Shown one piece after another: positions 10,201 to 17,425 of a stretch of DNA of 41,991 nt. The notes beneath the pieces were generated by a model, which saw only the letters and a list, made by a program, of their open reading frames with translations, searched no databases and was not told where the DNA came from. The stretch is from a virus: IMG/VR virus record IMGVR_UViG_3300045988_086160; one strand, given 5' to 3'. The position numbers were made by a program, and so were the translations under genes. Each line of letters begins with the position of its first letter. Position 1 is the stretch's first letter.

Positions 10201-11106
10201 ATGCACACAATACAGGTATCTGTTCGTGACAAAATTGCGACACAAACCGATGGCACTGTTATAATCAACGGCAACAGCGATTATAACATCGAATTTGACT
10301 TCGATGCCGAATGGGCGGACTTAAACAACAAAGTCGGAATATTTGCCTACAACGATGCTGCGGCGCATAAGTGGGCATATCAAACCGTGATGTTTAGCGG
10401 TAACACCTGCCCCGTGCCGATACTGCGGGATATACACTGCGTATACGTCGGCGTAACGGCGGGCAACGTGAGAGTTACTACCCCCGCAAAAGTGCCGTGC
10501 AGGCTCAGCATATCCGACTATGCGGACACAGAAGAACCGCCCTCCGCTGATGTTTGGGGACAAATCCTTGCAAAGTTGGACGAATTGCAGACAGAAATTG
10601 ACGAAATTAAGGAAGGCGAAGTGTGGGAAAAGATATGCCAAGTTACGACAAGCGAAAACGTATCTTTCGTGTATCAGCCTTTCAGCGGGAACTACAAGAA
10701 AATCCGTGCGATTTTTTTGGGGGAAACCACTGCCGCATGTCAGGTATGGATATACCCTAATACGAAAACCGTGCCGGGAGGTCGCGACATCGCGTATATA
10801 TTTAACGCACCATTTGCTAATGCTGGGAAATATACGATTGTTGGTGAATTTAACTCGTCTCCATACCCTGCGCCTAACAGCTCTGATAACTGTTATCGCG
10901 GACGATGCTCCATTGCCAGAGAGTGGAAACCTCAATGCCTCCATGCCGGATGGGGTGACAGTCTTTTTGATAATTATGTAAACGACTTTTATGCACACCT
11001 CGGAGAAGGCGACCTCGCACAGGGCATAAAAAGTCTTTACTGGACGCACAGCACAGGAGAGATAAAAGCAGGTGCTAAAATGGTTGTTTATGGGGTAAAA
11101 GCATGA
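10201..11106 (+). CDS. Tail fibre-associated structural protein (hypothetical)
   Basis: 301 aa with an AGGAGG RBS, in the distal tail block. Confidence 0.4.
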   Translation: MHTIQVSVRDKIATQTDGTVIINGNSDYNIEFDFDAEWADLNNKVGIFAYNDAAAHKWAYQTVMFSGNTCPVPILRDIHCVYVGVTAGNVRVTTPAKVPCRLSISDYADTEEPPSADVWGQILAKLDELQTEIDEIKEGEVWEKICQVTTSENVSFVYQPFSGNYKKIRAIFLGETTAACQVWIYPNTKTVPGGRDIAYIFNAPFANAGKYTIVGEFNSSPYPAPNSSDNCYRGRCSIAREWKPQCLHAGWGDSLFDNYVNDFYAHLGEGDLAQGIKSLYWTHSTGEIKAGAKMVVYGVKA

Positions 11107-11501
11107 AAAAATGTGTTAACGGACAAATAATCGATATGACCTCCGATGAGGTAACGGCATATCAGGCGGAGACAATTACGACACAACAGCAAATCCAGAC
11201 AGCGGGGCTTGAGGACAAAATGCGGGTGTATATCGAATCCATTCCAACGGCTGAAACTCCGACCGTCCCGCCAAAAGTCGGGTTTAAGTGGGAGCTGATA
11301 TACAGCGGAACTGCGGGGTTTGCATGGGAGCTTGTACCTGACCCTGATGCTGTCGGTACGGTTGCAAAGCCCTTTGAATGGTTTGCGGGAATCCGTGTTG
11401 TTACGGGCTACCACTACACCAACGGCGTTGACATTGCGCTTGCTGTTGCGGACGGCGTTCCTGCAAATTTTGACGATGAAGCATTTTTAGTTAAGCTGTA
11501 A
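11103..11501 (+). CDS. Hypothetical protein (last gene of the tail block)
   Basis: 132 aa. Start overlaps the upstream stop. Confidence 0.35.
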   Translation: MKKCVNGQIIDMTSDEVTAYQAETITTQQQIQTAGLEDKMRVYIESIPTAETPTVPPKVGFKWELIYSGTAGFAWELVPDPDAVGTVAKPFEWFAGIRVVTGYHYTNGVDIALAVADGVPANFDDEAFLVKL

Positions 11502-11505
11502 CGAC

Positions 11506-11534
11506 TTGACGAATGCAACAATATATGCTATAAT
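11506..11534 (+). promoter_or_regulatory. Sigma-A type promoter, TTGACG-17-TATAAT
   Basis: -35 at 11506-11511, 17-nt spacer, -10 at 11529-11534. The endolysin ATG (11541) lies 6 nt after the -10 with no SD in between. Confidence 0.6.
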
Positions 11535-11540
11535 CAAAAC

Positions 11541-12416
11541 ATGAAGTACGATGTTATTGATTTTATTCGGTGGGGCTTGCGGCATACGATACGTTATGCC
11601 GCCCCCGCTGACGCAAATATGCCGCTGTCGCCCGATGAATGCGGAATATATCCTACACGCTATTTGTTTGGGACAGTATGGAAACCCTGCACCAAAGCTA
11701 CGCTAAACGAGCGTTTTGTAAATCATTACGCAAAACAGGGGTACAGCGAAGAAGATTTTGACCGCATTACGTCTGAATGGTCGGAACGTGATTATGCGAC
11801 AGACTGTCAAGGCTTGCTTGACGCATGGATGACGGTTGAGTGCAACGAGAAGACCGACATTAATGCGCATATGAACTACACCGATTGGTGTACGGACAAA
11901 GGCGCAATTGCCGAGATAAGCCGACCGTATATTATCGGCGAAGCAGTGTTCATGCGGTCAAAGTCGAAAGGAAGAATGACACATGTTGGCTGGATTTGCG
12001 GCAACCTCGGACGTGAACCGCTGGTGCTTGAAGCCCGTGGGTTGCGCTGGGGTGTGGTTATCACCAAGCTCAGTGATAGACCGTGGACGCATCGTGGGTT
12101 GATGACGGTTAAATTTAATTATGGCAAAGGTGACAAAAATATGACAAAATTTGAAGTTGTAAGCCCTATGCGTGAGGGCGAAGAGTACAAAAAAATGCAG
12201 GCGGCATTGAATGCGGCGGGCTACACCGATGAAGCAAAAAAGCCGCTTGTTGAGGACGGAAAGTGGGGAAAGAAATCCCAGTTTGCGTTTGAACGCTTGC
12301 TTGAGAATCACGCTGAATCCGAACCTGTTGAAGAACAGCCTGTAACAATCAGCAAGCCGCACACAATCAAGCTCACCGTTGACGACGTGGACTGCTATGA
12401 ATGCACCGTAAATTAA
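11541..12416 (+). CDS. Endolysin: NlpC/P60-type peptidase with a C-terminal peptidoglycan-binding domain
   Basis: Cys motif DCQGLLDAW and His motif THVGWICG are NlpC/P60-like. The C-terminal ...MQAALNAAGYTDEAKKPLVEDGKWGKKSQFAFERLL fits the PG_binding_1 pattern. Confidence 0.8.
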   Translation: MKYDVIDFIRWGLRHTIRYAAPADANMPLSPDECGIYPTRYLFGTVWKPCTKATLNERFVNHYAKQGYSEEDFDRITSEWSERDYATDCQGLLDAWMTVECNEKTDINAHMNYTDWCTDKGAIAEISRPYIIGEAVFMRSKSKGRMTHVGWICGNLGREPLVLEARGLRWGVVITKLSDRPWTHRGLMTVKFNYGKGDKNMTKFEVVSPMREGEEYKKMQAALNAAGYTDEAKKPLVEDGKWGKKSQFAFERLLENHAESEPVEEQPVTISKPHTIKLTVDDVDCYECTVN

Positions 12417-12417
12417 C

Positions 12418-12693
12418 ATGAATGACGCAGTACTTACAGCCCTGCTTTCGCTTGCGGGGACGGCGATAGGCTCAATAGCGGGCATTCTTGCGTCAAACAA
12501 GCTGACAAACTTCCGGTTAAAGTCGCTTGAAGACCGTGTATCTCAGCACAACCACCTTATAGAACGCATGTATGGGGTTGAAGACCGTGCTAAGGCAAAT
12601 CAACATAGAATCAACAAGATAGAAGAAAGGCTTGAATTGCATGAAAACAAACTGGACAATTTGGCTCAAAGCTGCAACCATCAGAGCAATTAA
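12418..12693 (+). CDS. Lysis-associated membrane protein (N-terminal TM plus coiled coil; XhlA/holin-accessory-like)
   Basis: 91 aa. Hydrophobic N-terminus LTALLSLAGTAIGSIAGILA followed by a heptad-like helix. Lies between the endolysin and holin. Confidence 0.4.
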   Translation: MNDAVLTALLSLAGTAIGSIAGILASNKLTNFRLKSLEDRVSQHNHLIERMYGVEDRAKANQHRINKIEERLELHENKLDNLAQSCNHQSN

Positions 12694-12892
12694 GACGGCG
12701 GCACAAACGGCTTGCGGTGTGCTTGCAACTTCCGCATTGCTGTCCGAAGTCAACTGGGCTGTTGTCGGCTCATCTGCGGCAATGGCGGCTATCGTCAGTC
12801 TCTTAACGTCACTTGCAGGACTCCCCGAAGTGAAGATGCAAGAGCGTGAACGATTGCGAGTAAACAAAAACACGCCCCCCGAGGACGCCTAA
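12641..12892 (+). CDS. Holin
   Basis: 83 aa from ATG 12641. ...IRAIKTAAQTACGVLA...AAMAAIVSLLTSLAGLPE pattern with two TM segments, typical of Gram-positive phage holins. Charged C-terminus. Confidence 0.7.
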   Translation: MKTNWTIWLKAATIRAIKTAAQTACGVLATSALLSEVNWAVVGSSAAMAAIVSLLTSLAGLPEVKMQERERLRVNKNTPPEDA

Positions 12893-12909
12893 TTGGCGTT
12901 CTCTTTTTT
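12881..12909 (+). terminator. Intrinsic terminator after the lysis module
   Basis: GAGGACGCC (12881-12889) pairs with GGCGTTCTC (12895-12903): 9 bp including one G-U, with a 5-nt loop, followed by TTTTTT (12904-12909). Confidence 0.75.
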
Positions 12910-13137
12910 ATGCAAAATATGTCAAATTCAGAATTAAACAGTATATCAAATACTAAAATAATCACTTTGTTAAAGGAATATTGTCACGATTCTGTCGCTC
13001 GTGACATGGCTGTCATGCGGCTAGTTGAAGGCTCAACGTATATTGACATTGCACATATCTTTAACGTATCTCAATCGACAGCCCGCCGCAAGTGCATCAA
13101 GGCTGAAAATGCCGTCAAAATGCACTTAAATGAATGA
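12910..13137 (+). CDS. Stand-alone sigma-70 region-4-like HTH protein
   Basis: 75 aa. ...MAVMRLVEGSTYIDIAHIFNVSQSTARRKCIKAENAV resembles ECF/sigma-70 region 4.2. No SD; the ATG abuts the terminator T-tract, so the start is uncertain. Confidence 0.5.
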   Translation: MQNMSNSELNSISNTKIITLLKEYCHDSVARDMAVMRLVEGSTYIDIAHIFNVSQSTARRKCIKAENAVKMHLNE

Positions 13138-13188
13138 GCATATCCCGTTGCTGTAATATAATTAAATAAACAAGCAATGGAGGTGCGC

Positions 13189-13611
13189 ATGAACCCTTAC
13201 GGATACAATGTGCCGAACATGTACGGCAACAACACGTTCACACCGCAAATGCCGTACAGCCCGCCTGTTACGCAGCCCCAGCTTCCGTTCGGACAGCAAT
13301 CCAACCTGATATGGGTACACGGCATACAAGGCGGCAACGCATACAAAATGGGCGCAAATCAGTCTGTTATCCTGCTTGATGAAACCGCTCCGCTTGCATT
13401 CTTTAAGCGCACGGACAGTGCAGGGTATGCGACTATGGACATTTACGACTTAACCCCTCACAAAGAATCGGAAACAGATTTACAATCAATCGAACAACGT
13501 TTAGCAAAATTGGAGGCACGATTAAATGAATCCGATACTGCAATCTCTAAGCCAAAACAACCCGCAAATGGCAAAAATGCAAGAAATGACGGGCATGATG
13601 CAACAGTATAA
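13189..13611 (+). CDS. Hypothetical protein with a Pro/Gln/Tyr-rich N-terminus
   Basis: GGAGG lies 5 nt before ATG 13189 (the track start 13177 is upstream of the RBS). 140 aa. No family recognised. Confidence 0.6.
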   Translation: MNPYGYNVPNMYGNNTFTPQMPYSPPVTQPQLPFGQQSNLIWVHGIQGGNAYKMGANQSVILLDETAPLAFFKRTDSAGYATMDIYDLTPHKESETDLQSIEQRLAKLEARLNESDTAISKPKQPANGKNARNDGHDATV

Positions 13612-13753
13612 GCAATTCCGCGCTGAGATGGCGGGTAAAGACCCGCAAGCGTTGCTCAACATGCTAATGCAAAACGGCGGCATATCCCAACAGCAGATGC
13701 AACGGGCGCAGGCTCAAGCACAAATGCTTATGCATGCTATGCGTAATCAGTAA
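13526..13753 (+). CDS. Hypothetical Gln/Met-rich small protein
   Basis: 75 aa. GGAGG lies 9 nt upstream. Overlaps the previous ORF by 86 nt in another frame. Confidence 0.5.
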   Translation: MNPILQSLSQNNPQMAKMQEMTGMMQQYKQFRAEMAGKDPQALLNMLMQNGGISQQQMQRAQAQAQMLMHAMRNQ

Positions 13754-13841
13754 CCGACTTTAACAAGTCCATATGGATTATCATCCATCCCAGTGCAACA
13801 GACATGGCAACATGTTTGAATAAATCAAGGATGGTTTTTTT

Positions 13842-14456
13842 ATGGACAACAACTTCACTCCTGCCGATTATGCGGCAATGAACGGCGGCTTCGGCGGCGG
13901 CAATCAGGAATGGCTCTGGATAATTCTGTTCTTCCTGTTTGCAGGCGGCGGAAACGGCTTTGGCGGCAACCGTAAAGACTGCGCAACCACCGAGGACGTG
14001 CAGAACCAGTTCAATTTTGCGGCACTTGAGCGTCAGAACGGCGAGACTGTTGCGGCGGTTGCGAACAACACTACCGCTGTTACCAACGCAGTAAAAGACA
14101 GTGAAATCAGGCTTCAGCAGGGCATCAGCGCACTTGCTGGCATGGAGCAGAACATTATCGGCAATATGTCAAAATGCTGCTGCGAAACCCTTCGTGGCAT
14201 TGACGGCGTGAACTATAATGCCGCAATGAATACCGCTGCAATCAATGCAAACACCACAGCGCAGGTACAGAAGATTCTTGACGCAATCACGGGCAACAGA
14301 ATGGCGGATATGCAGAACCAGATTAACCAGCTCCAGCTTCAGTCACAGCTTTGCGGTGTGGTTCGCTACCCTACCAACACGACCTATTCGGTTAACTCTC
14401 CCTGTTTCTGCGGTAACGGCTTCAACGGCAACGGCGGCTGCGGTTGCGGATACTAA
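13842..14456 (+). CDS. Hypothetical membrane-anchored Gly-rich / Cys-rich protein (YjcZ-like N-terminus by eye)
   Basis: 204 aa. N-terminus GGFGGGNQEWLWIILFFLFAGGGNGFGG, an Asn/Ala/Thr-rich middle, Cys clusters CCCE and CFCGNGFNGNGGCGCGY at the end. Confidence 0.65.
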   Translation: MDNNFTPADYAAMNGGFGGGNQEWLWIILFFLFAGGGNGFGGNRKDCATTEDVQNQFNFAALERQNGETVAAVANNTTAVTNAVKDSEIRLQQGISALAGMEQNIIGNMSKCCCETLRGIDGVNYNAAMNTAAINANTTAQVQKILDAITGNRMADMQNQINQLQLQSQLCGVVRYPTNTTYSVNSPCFCGNGFNGNGGCGCGY

Positions 14457-14477
14457 TCAACTTTGACTTAATCGGCG

Positions 14478-14511
14478 GGTATCATTTTCGTGGCGACACG
14501 AATTTGATACC
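14478..14511 (+). other. Intergenic stem-loop with a GCGA (GNRA) tetraloop
   Basis: GGTATCA..TTCGTG GCGA CACGAA..TGATACC forms 7 + 6 bp around a 2x2 internal loop. No T-tract follows. Confidence 0.5.
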
Positions 14512-14534
14512 TTGCACCATATCGGAGGTAAACT

Positions 14535-14966
14535 ATGTCATGTTCGAATAATTTCAGGAAATCAGCAGTAAGCACGGTAAACACAGCGGCGCAGACCGTA
14601 ACGGCAAACGCAACCCCGCTTTCCCTGCTCGGCAGTGTATGTTACAACAGCGGCTGTTCGCTGTCCGCCAATGCAAGCGGCATCAACATCAAAAGCAGCG
14701 GGCTTTATCCCGCCTCAGGAAGCGTCACAATCACTCCGACAGCGGCAGGGACTGTTACTGTATACCTTGCGCTAAACGGCGTTACACTGCCTTGTAGCGT
14801 GCGTCAGCAAACGGTTGTGGCGGCATCACCTATCACCATAGACACCTCGGCAAGTGCGTTCGGCGCAGGGGCTTGCGCTTGCAACACATCAACTTTAACG
14901 CTTGTTGTCTCGGGTGCAGCCGGAACGGTTGACTATGTAACGGCAGGGGCGGTACGCCTCGCATAA
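14535..14966 (+). CDS. Hypothetical beta-rich protein resembling the C-terminal (C1q/TNF-like) domain of BclA-type exosporium proteins
   Basis: 143 aa, rich in Ala, Thr, Ser, Val and Gly. The segment SSGLYPASGSVTITPTAAGTVTVYLALNGVTLP looks BclA-C-like by eye. GGAGG RBS. Confidence 0.55.
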   Translation: MSCSNNFRKSAVSTVNTAAQTVTANATPLSLLGSVCYNSGCSLSANASGINIKSSGLYPASGSVTITPTAAGTVTVYLALNGVTLPCSVRQQTVVAASPITIDTSASAFGAGACACNTSTLTLVVSGAAGTVDYVTAGAVRLA

Positions 14967-14980
14967 GAAAGGCGGAAGCA

Positions 14981-15550
14981 ATGGCGGCAAGCGAGATACT
15001 GTCTAAAATAGCAACACATCAGATAAAAGGCATAATGTTTCATGCTCAAATGGCGGATTATTTCGACTTTTTGAACCTCCGTGGCTTCAAACGGTTGCAT
15101 GAGTATCAGTACATGAGCGAATCAGCCGAATATCGGAAGACTTGCAGGTTTTGCATAAACCATTGCTACAAACTATGCAAAATCGGGCAAACGGATGACC
15201 CGCACATCATACCCGACAGGTGGTACAGCGCACGGCGGAGCGAAGTGGATACCAACACGAAGCGCAGGGCTGTTGTGGAAGCGTTCGAACGGTATGTATT
15301 GTGGGAGCAAAACACACTGCAACTTTACGAACAGTGCTATTCCGAACTTGTTGCGGAAGGCAAAATTGCAATAGCGGATTATGTCAAAAATCTCATTGCA
15401 GACGTTGCGGACGAACTCAAGCACGCTTCCCGCTTGCGCCTGGAGCTTGCAAACACTGACGGCGATATTATACACGTTTATGACCTGCAAGAGGCTATAC
15501 ACGAGGATTACAAGCAAAAAACGAGGGTGGTCGGCGTGATACTCTCTTGA
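14981..15550 (+). CDS. Hypothetical four-helix ferritin-like protein
   Basis: 189 aa. IKGIMFHAQMADYFDFLNLRGFKRLHEYQYMSESAEYRK echoes ferritin helices A/B, but the metal ligands are not obvious. Confidence 0.55.
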   Translation: MAASEILSKIATHQIKGIMFHAQMADYFDFLNLRGFKRLHEYQYMSESAEYRKTCRFCINHCYKLCKIGQTDDPHIIPDRWYSARRSEVDTNTKRRAVVEAFERYVLWEQNTLQLYEQCYSELVAEGKIAIADYVKNLIADVADELKHASRLRLELANTDGDIIHVYDLQEAIHEDYKQKTRVVGVILS

Positions 15551-15575
15551 CGGCGCATTTTGAACGTGCTATAAT
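15547..15575 (+). promoter_or_regulatory. Sigma-A type promoter, TTGACG-17-TATAAT
   Basis: -35 at 15547-15552 overlaps the TGA of the upstream gene. Exact 17-nt spacer. -10 at 15570-15575. Confidence 0.65.
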
Positions 15576-15648
15576 TATAACCGTCAGACAGGATGAACCT
15601 CTTACCTCGCAGTCAGCAACGGCGGGCGGCTATGATAACACGTTCGCC

Positions 15649-15748
15649 GTTGCAACTCCTTCTTGCCTGTCTTGAGTGAAAAATAAGGCTGCTGCCTTTT
15701 GCGACCGTCATAAATGTCGGTTGCAACTCCTTCTCGCCTGTCTCTGAC
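15649..15748 (+). repeat. Two ~29-nt direct repeats, 71 nt apart
   Basis: 15649-15676 GTTGCAACTCCTTCTTGCCTGTCTTGAG and 15720-15748 GTTGCAACTCCTTCTCGCCTGTCTCTGAC. Each starts with the palindrome GTTGCAAC. Confidence 0.85.
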
Positions 15749-15827
15749 TTTAAAATGGTGCGCATTATGCGCTGTACTATATATCGCAAAGGGGTTTTCT
15801 CAGCCTTCATTTTATTTCCTCCTTCAC

Positions 15828-15868
15828 AAAAGGGAGCTGCTTGCTGGTCACAGGCGGCTCCCTTTTGC
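15828..15868. terminator. Bidirectional intrinsic terminator
   Basis: AAAAGGGAGC (15828-15837) and GCTCCCTTTT (15857-15866) flank a 19-nt loop, with an A-tract 5' and a T-tract 3'. Confidence 0.65.
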
Positions 15869-15899
15869 GTTATATATTTATTTTTCGCTCAAAAAAGGG

Positions 15900-15929
15900 T
15901 TGACACGCACGTTAATGCGGGTGTATAAT
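15900..15929 (+). promoter_or_regulatory. Early-operon sigma-A type promoter, TTGACA-18-TATAAT
   Basis: -35 at 15900-15905 and -10 at 15924-15929, upstream of the first early gene. Confidence 0.65.
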
Positions 15930-15973
15930 ACATGTGCAATCAAAAAGCGGCGACCCCGCAGAAGGAGTAAATT

Positions 15974-16210
15974 ATGAACATGAAGCAAGTACAAACCCGC
16001 ATTGCGTATTACGATGCGCTCCGCAAGCTTATGGCGAACGCCAAAGAAAACATGCGTCAAGCCGAAATCAACCTTGACGATGCTCTCACTGACGGCACGT
16101 CATCGGCAGAAGAAAAAGACCTTGCACAGGCAAGGTATGACGCAGCAGTCAACCTTTACGCAAGGTTAATCAACCTGCCGTTCGAATACGAAGAGGAGGG
16201 CGATTTTTAA
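15974..16210 (+). CDS. Hypothetical small helical protein
   Basis: 78 aa with a GAAGGAG RBS. First gene of the early operon. Confidence 0.6.
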   Translation: MNMKQVQTRIAYYDALRKLMANAKENMRQAEINLDDALTDGTSSAEEKDLAQARYDAAVNLYARLINLPFEYEEEGDF

Positions 16211-16668
16211 TGACACTCTATGAAATTAATCAGAACATTCTGTCTCTTATTGACGAAGAGACAGGCGAAATCACCAACATTGTAGCATTTGAAGCACTGC
16301 TCGGCGCAAAGGACGAAAAGCTTGAAAACATAATCAAGCTGTACAAAAATGCGACAGCCGACAGTACGGCACTCAAAGCCGAAGCGGACGCATTCACAAA
16401 GAGAGCAAAAGCGGCGGCGGCACTTGCAGACCGAATGAAAGCGATGCTGGAAGCCGAGCTTGACGGCAACACATTTGAATGTACAACAGGAAAGGTAAGC
16501 TTCCGGAAAAGTAAGGCACTCATTGTGGATGATGAAGCCCGCATTCCCGAACAGTATCAGAAAATTGCCTTTAGCGTTGACAAAGCTGCGCTGAAAAAAG
16601 CGATTGAAAACGGTGCGAACATTGCGGGTGCGCACATTGAAGTGCGGCAGAATGTGCAGGTGAGATGA
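16210..16668 (+). CDS. Siphovirus Gp157-like protein
   Basis: 152 aa. N-terminus MTLYEINQNILSLIDEETGEI and an overall helical, acidic layout match the Gp157 family pattern often found next to annealases. Confidence 0.65.
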   Translation: MTLYEINQNILSLIDEETGEITNIVAFEALLGAKDEKLENIIKLYKNATADSTALKAEADAFTKRAKAAAALADRMKAMLEAELDGNTFECTTGKVSFRKSKALIVDDEARIPEQYQKIAFSVDKAALKKAIENGANIAGAHIEVRQNVQVR

Positions 16669-17405
16669 TGGAAAAGAAAGAAATCTATTTCCGTTGCTTG
16701 CGGGCGGAAGACGTAAACGCTCGGGTACAAAAACTTGTTGCCGGTAAAGGGGCTATCCTGCTCCTTTACAAGGACGCAAGGTGTGATATGGCGATGTTGG
16801 ACGAGGCTGTCGGCGCGTTCAACTGGAAGCGTGAACACAGCCGTGACAATGCAAACTGTACCATCAGCATTTGGGACGAAGACAAAGCCCAATGGGTGAG
16901 CAAGGAGGATGTTGGAACTCCGTCAAACACGGAGGCGGAAAAAGGGCTTGCAAGCGACGCTTTTAAACGTGCAGGCTTCAACTGGGGCATCGGCAGGGAA
17001 TTATACACTGCACCGTTCATTTGGGTAAACGCCGACAAATTCACTACCCGCAAGAACCAGAGGGGCGGCGAAGAGGTTGACGGCAAATTCATCGTCACAT
17101 GTATGGATGTTGACAAAGACAGCCGCAAAATCACACGGCTTGAAATTGCTTTCAAGCACAATAACAACCCTGCAACCCCTTGTTTTAAATGGGTGGATAC
17201 GGACGCAAAACCCGCAACCCCGAAAGAGCCTGCAAAGCAACCGAGCCGTGCAGACCAGCTTGCGGAGCTGGAACGGCTGTTGACGGAGACCAACACCGAC
17301 AGGCAAAGATTCTTCGGATATTACAAGGCAGAGAATGCTGACGAGATGGACGCTGAACAAGTCACCGAAGGGATTCAGATTCTCCGTAGGCGGGCATCAA
17401 AATAA
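16665..17405 (+). CDS. Rad52/Sak-like single-strand annealing protein
   Basis: Motif KGLASDAFKRAGFNWGIGRELY matches the conserved Rad52/22-family ...SDA.KRA...G.GR.LY. 246 aa. Confidence 0.75.
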   Translation: MMEKKEIYFRCLRAEDVNARVQKLVAGKGAILLLYKDARCDMAMLDEAVGAFNWKREHSRDNANCTISIWDEDKAQWVSKEDVGTPSNTEAEKGLASDAFKRAGFNWGIGRELYTAPFIWVNADKFTTRKNQRGGEEVDGKFIVTCMDVDKDSRKITRLEIAFKHNNNPATPCFKWVDTDAKPATPKEPAKQPSRADQLAELERLLTETNTDRQRFFGYYKAENADEMDAEQVTEGIQILRRRASK

Positions 17406-17425
17406 AGCAAACATGGAGGAATAAA

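Larger units (their letters stand above)
15583..15868 (+). ncRNA. Candidate ~285-nt non-coding RNA (promoter-to-terminator unit without a credible ORF)
   Basis: Bounded by the promoter at 15547-15575 and the terminator at 15828-15868. Has internal direct repeats, a hairpin GCAACGGCG/CGCCGTTGC (15616-15624 / 15645-15653) and a small hairpin AAGGC-tgct-GCCTT. Confidence 0.4.

Noticed and set aside
10321-11049. Long antisense ORFs inside + strand genes (for example 10321-11049, 18955-19596, 23004-23834, 27300-27983, 28913-29542, 5335-5748)
   Set aside because: These are shadow ORFs opposite well-supported genes. They have no RBS, odd composition and no operon logic.
15649-15748. Mini-CRISPR array
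   Set aside because: There are only two repeats. They differ by substitutions and an indel, and there are no cas genes. At most this is a solitary-repeat-like element, and I cannot match it to a known repeat family by eye.
15613-15810. 65-aa minus-strand ORF with a strong GAAGGAGG RBS inside the non-coding unit
   Set aside because: On that strand it lies immediately downstream of the terminator hairpin and has no convincing promoter. The two DNA repeats are read in different frames, so there is no protein-level repeat. The apparent RBS is the complement of the CU-rich motif. Kept as an alternative in the finding.
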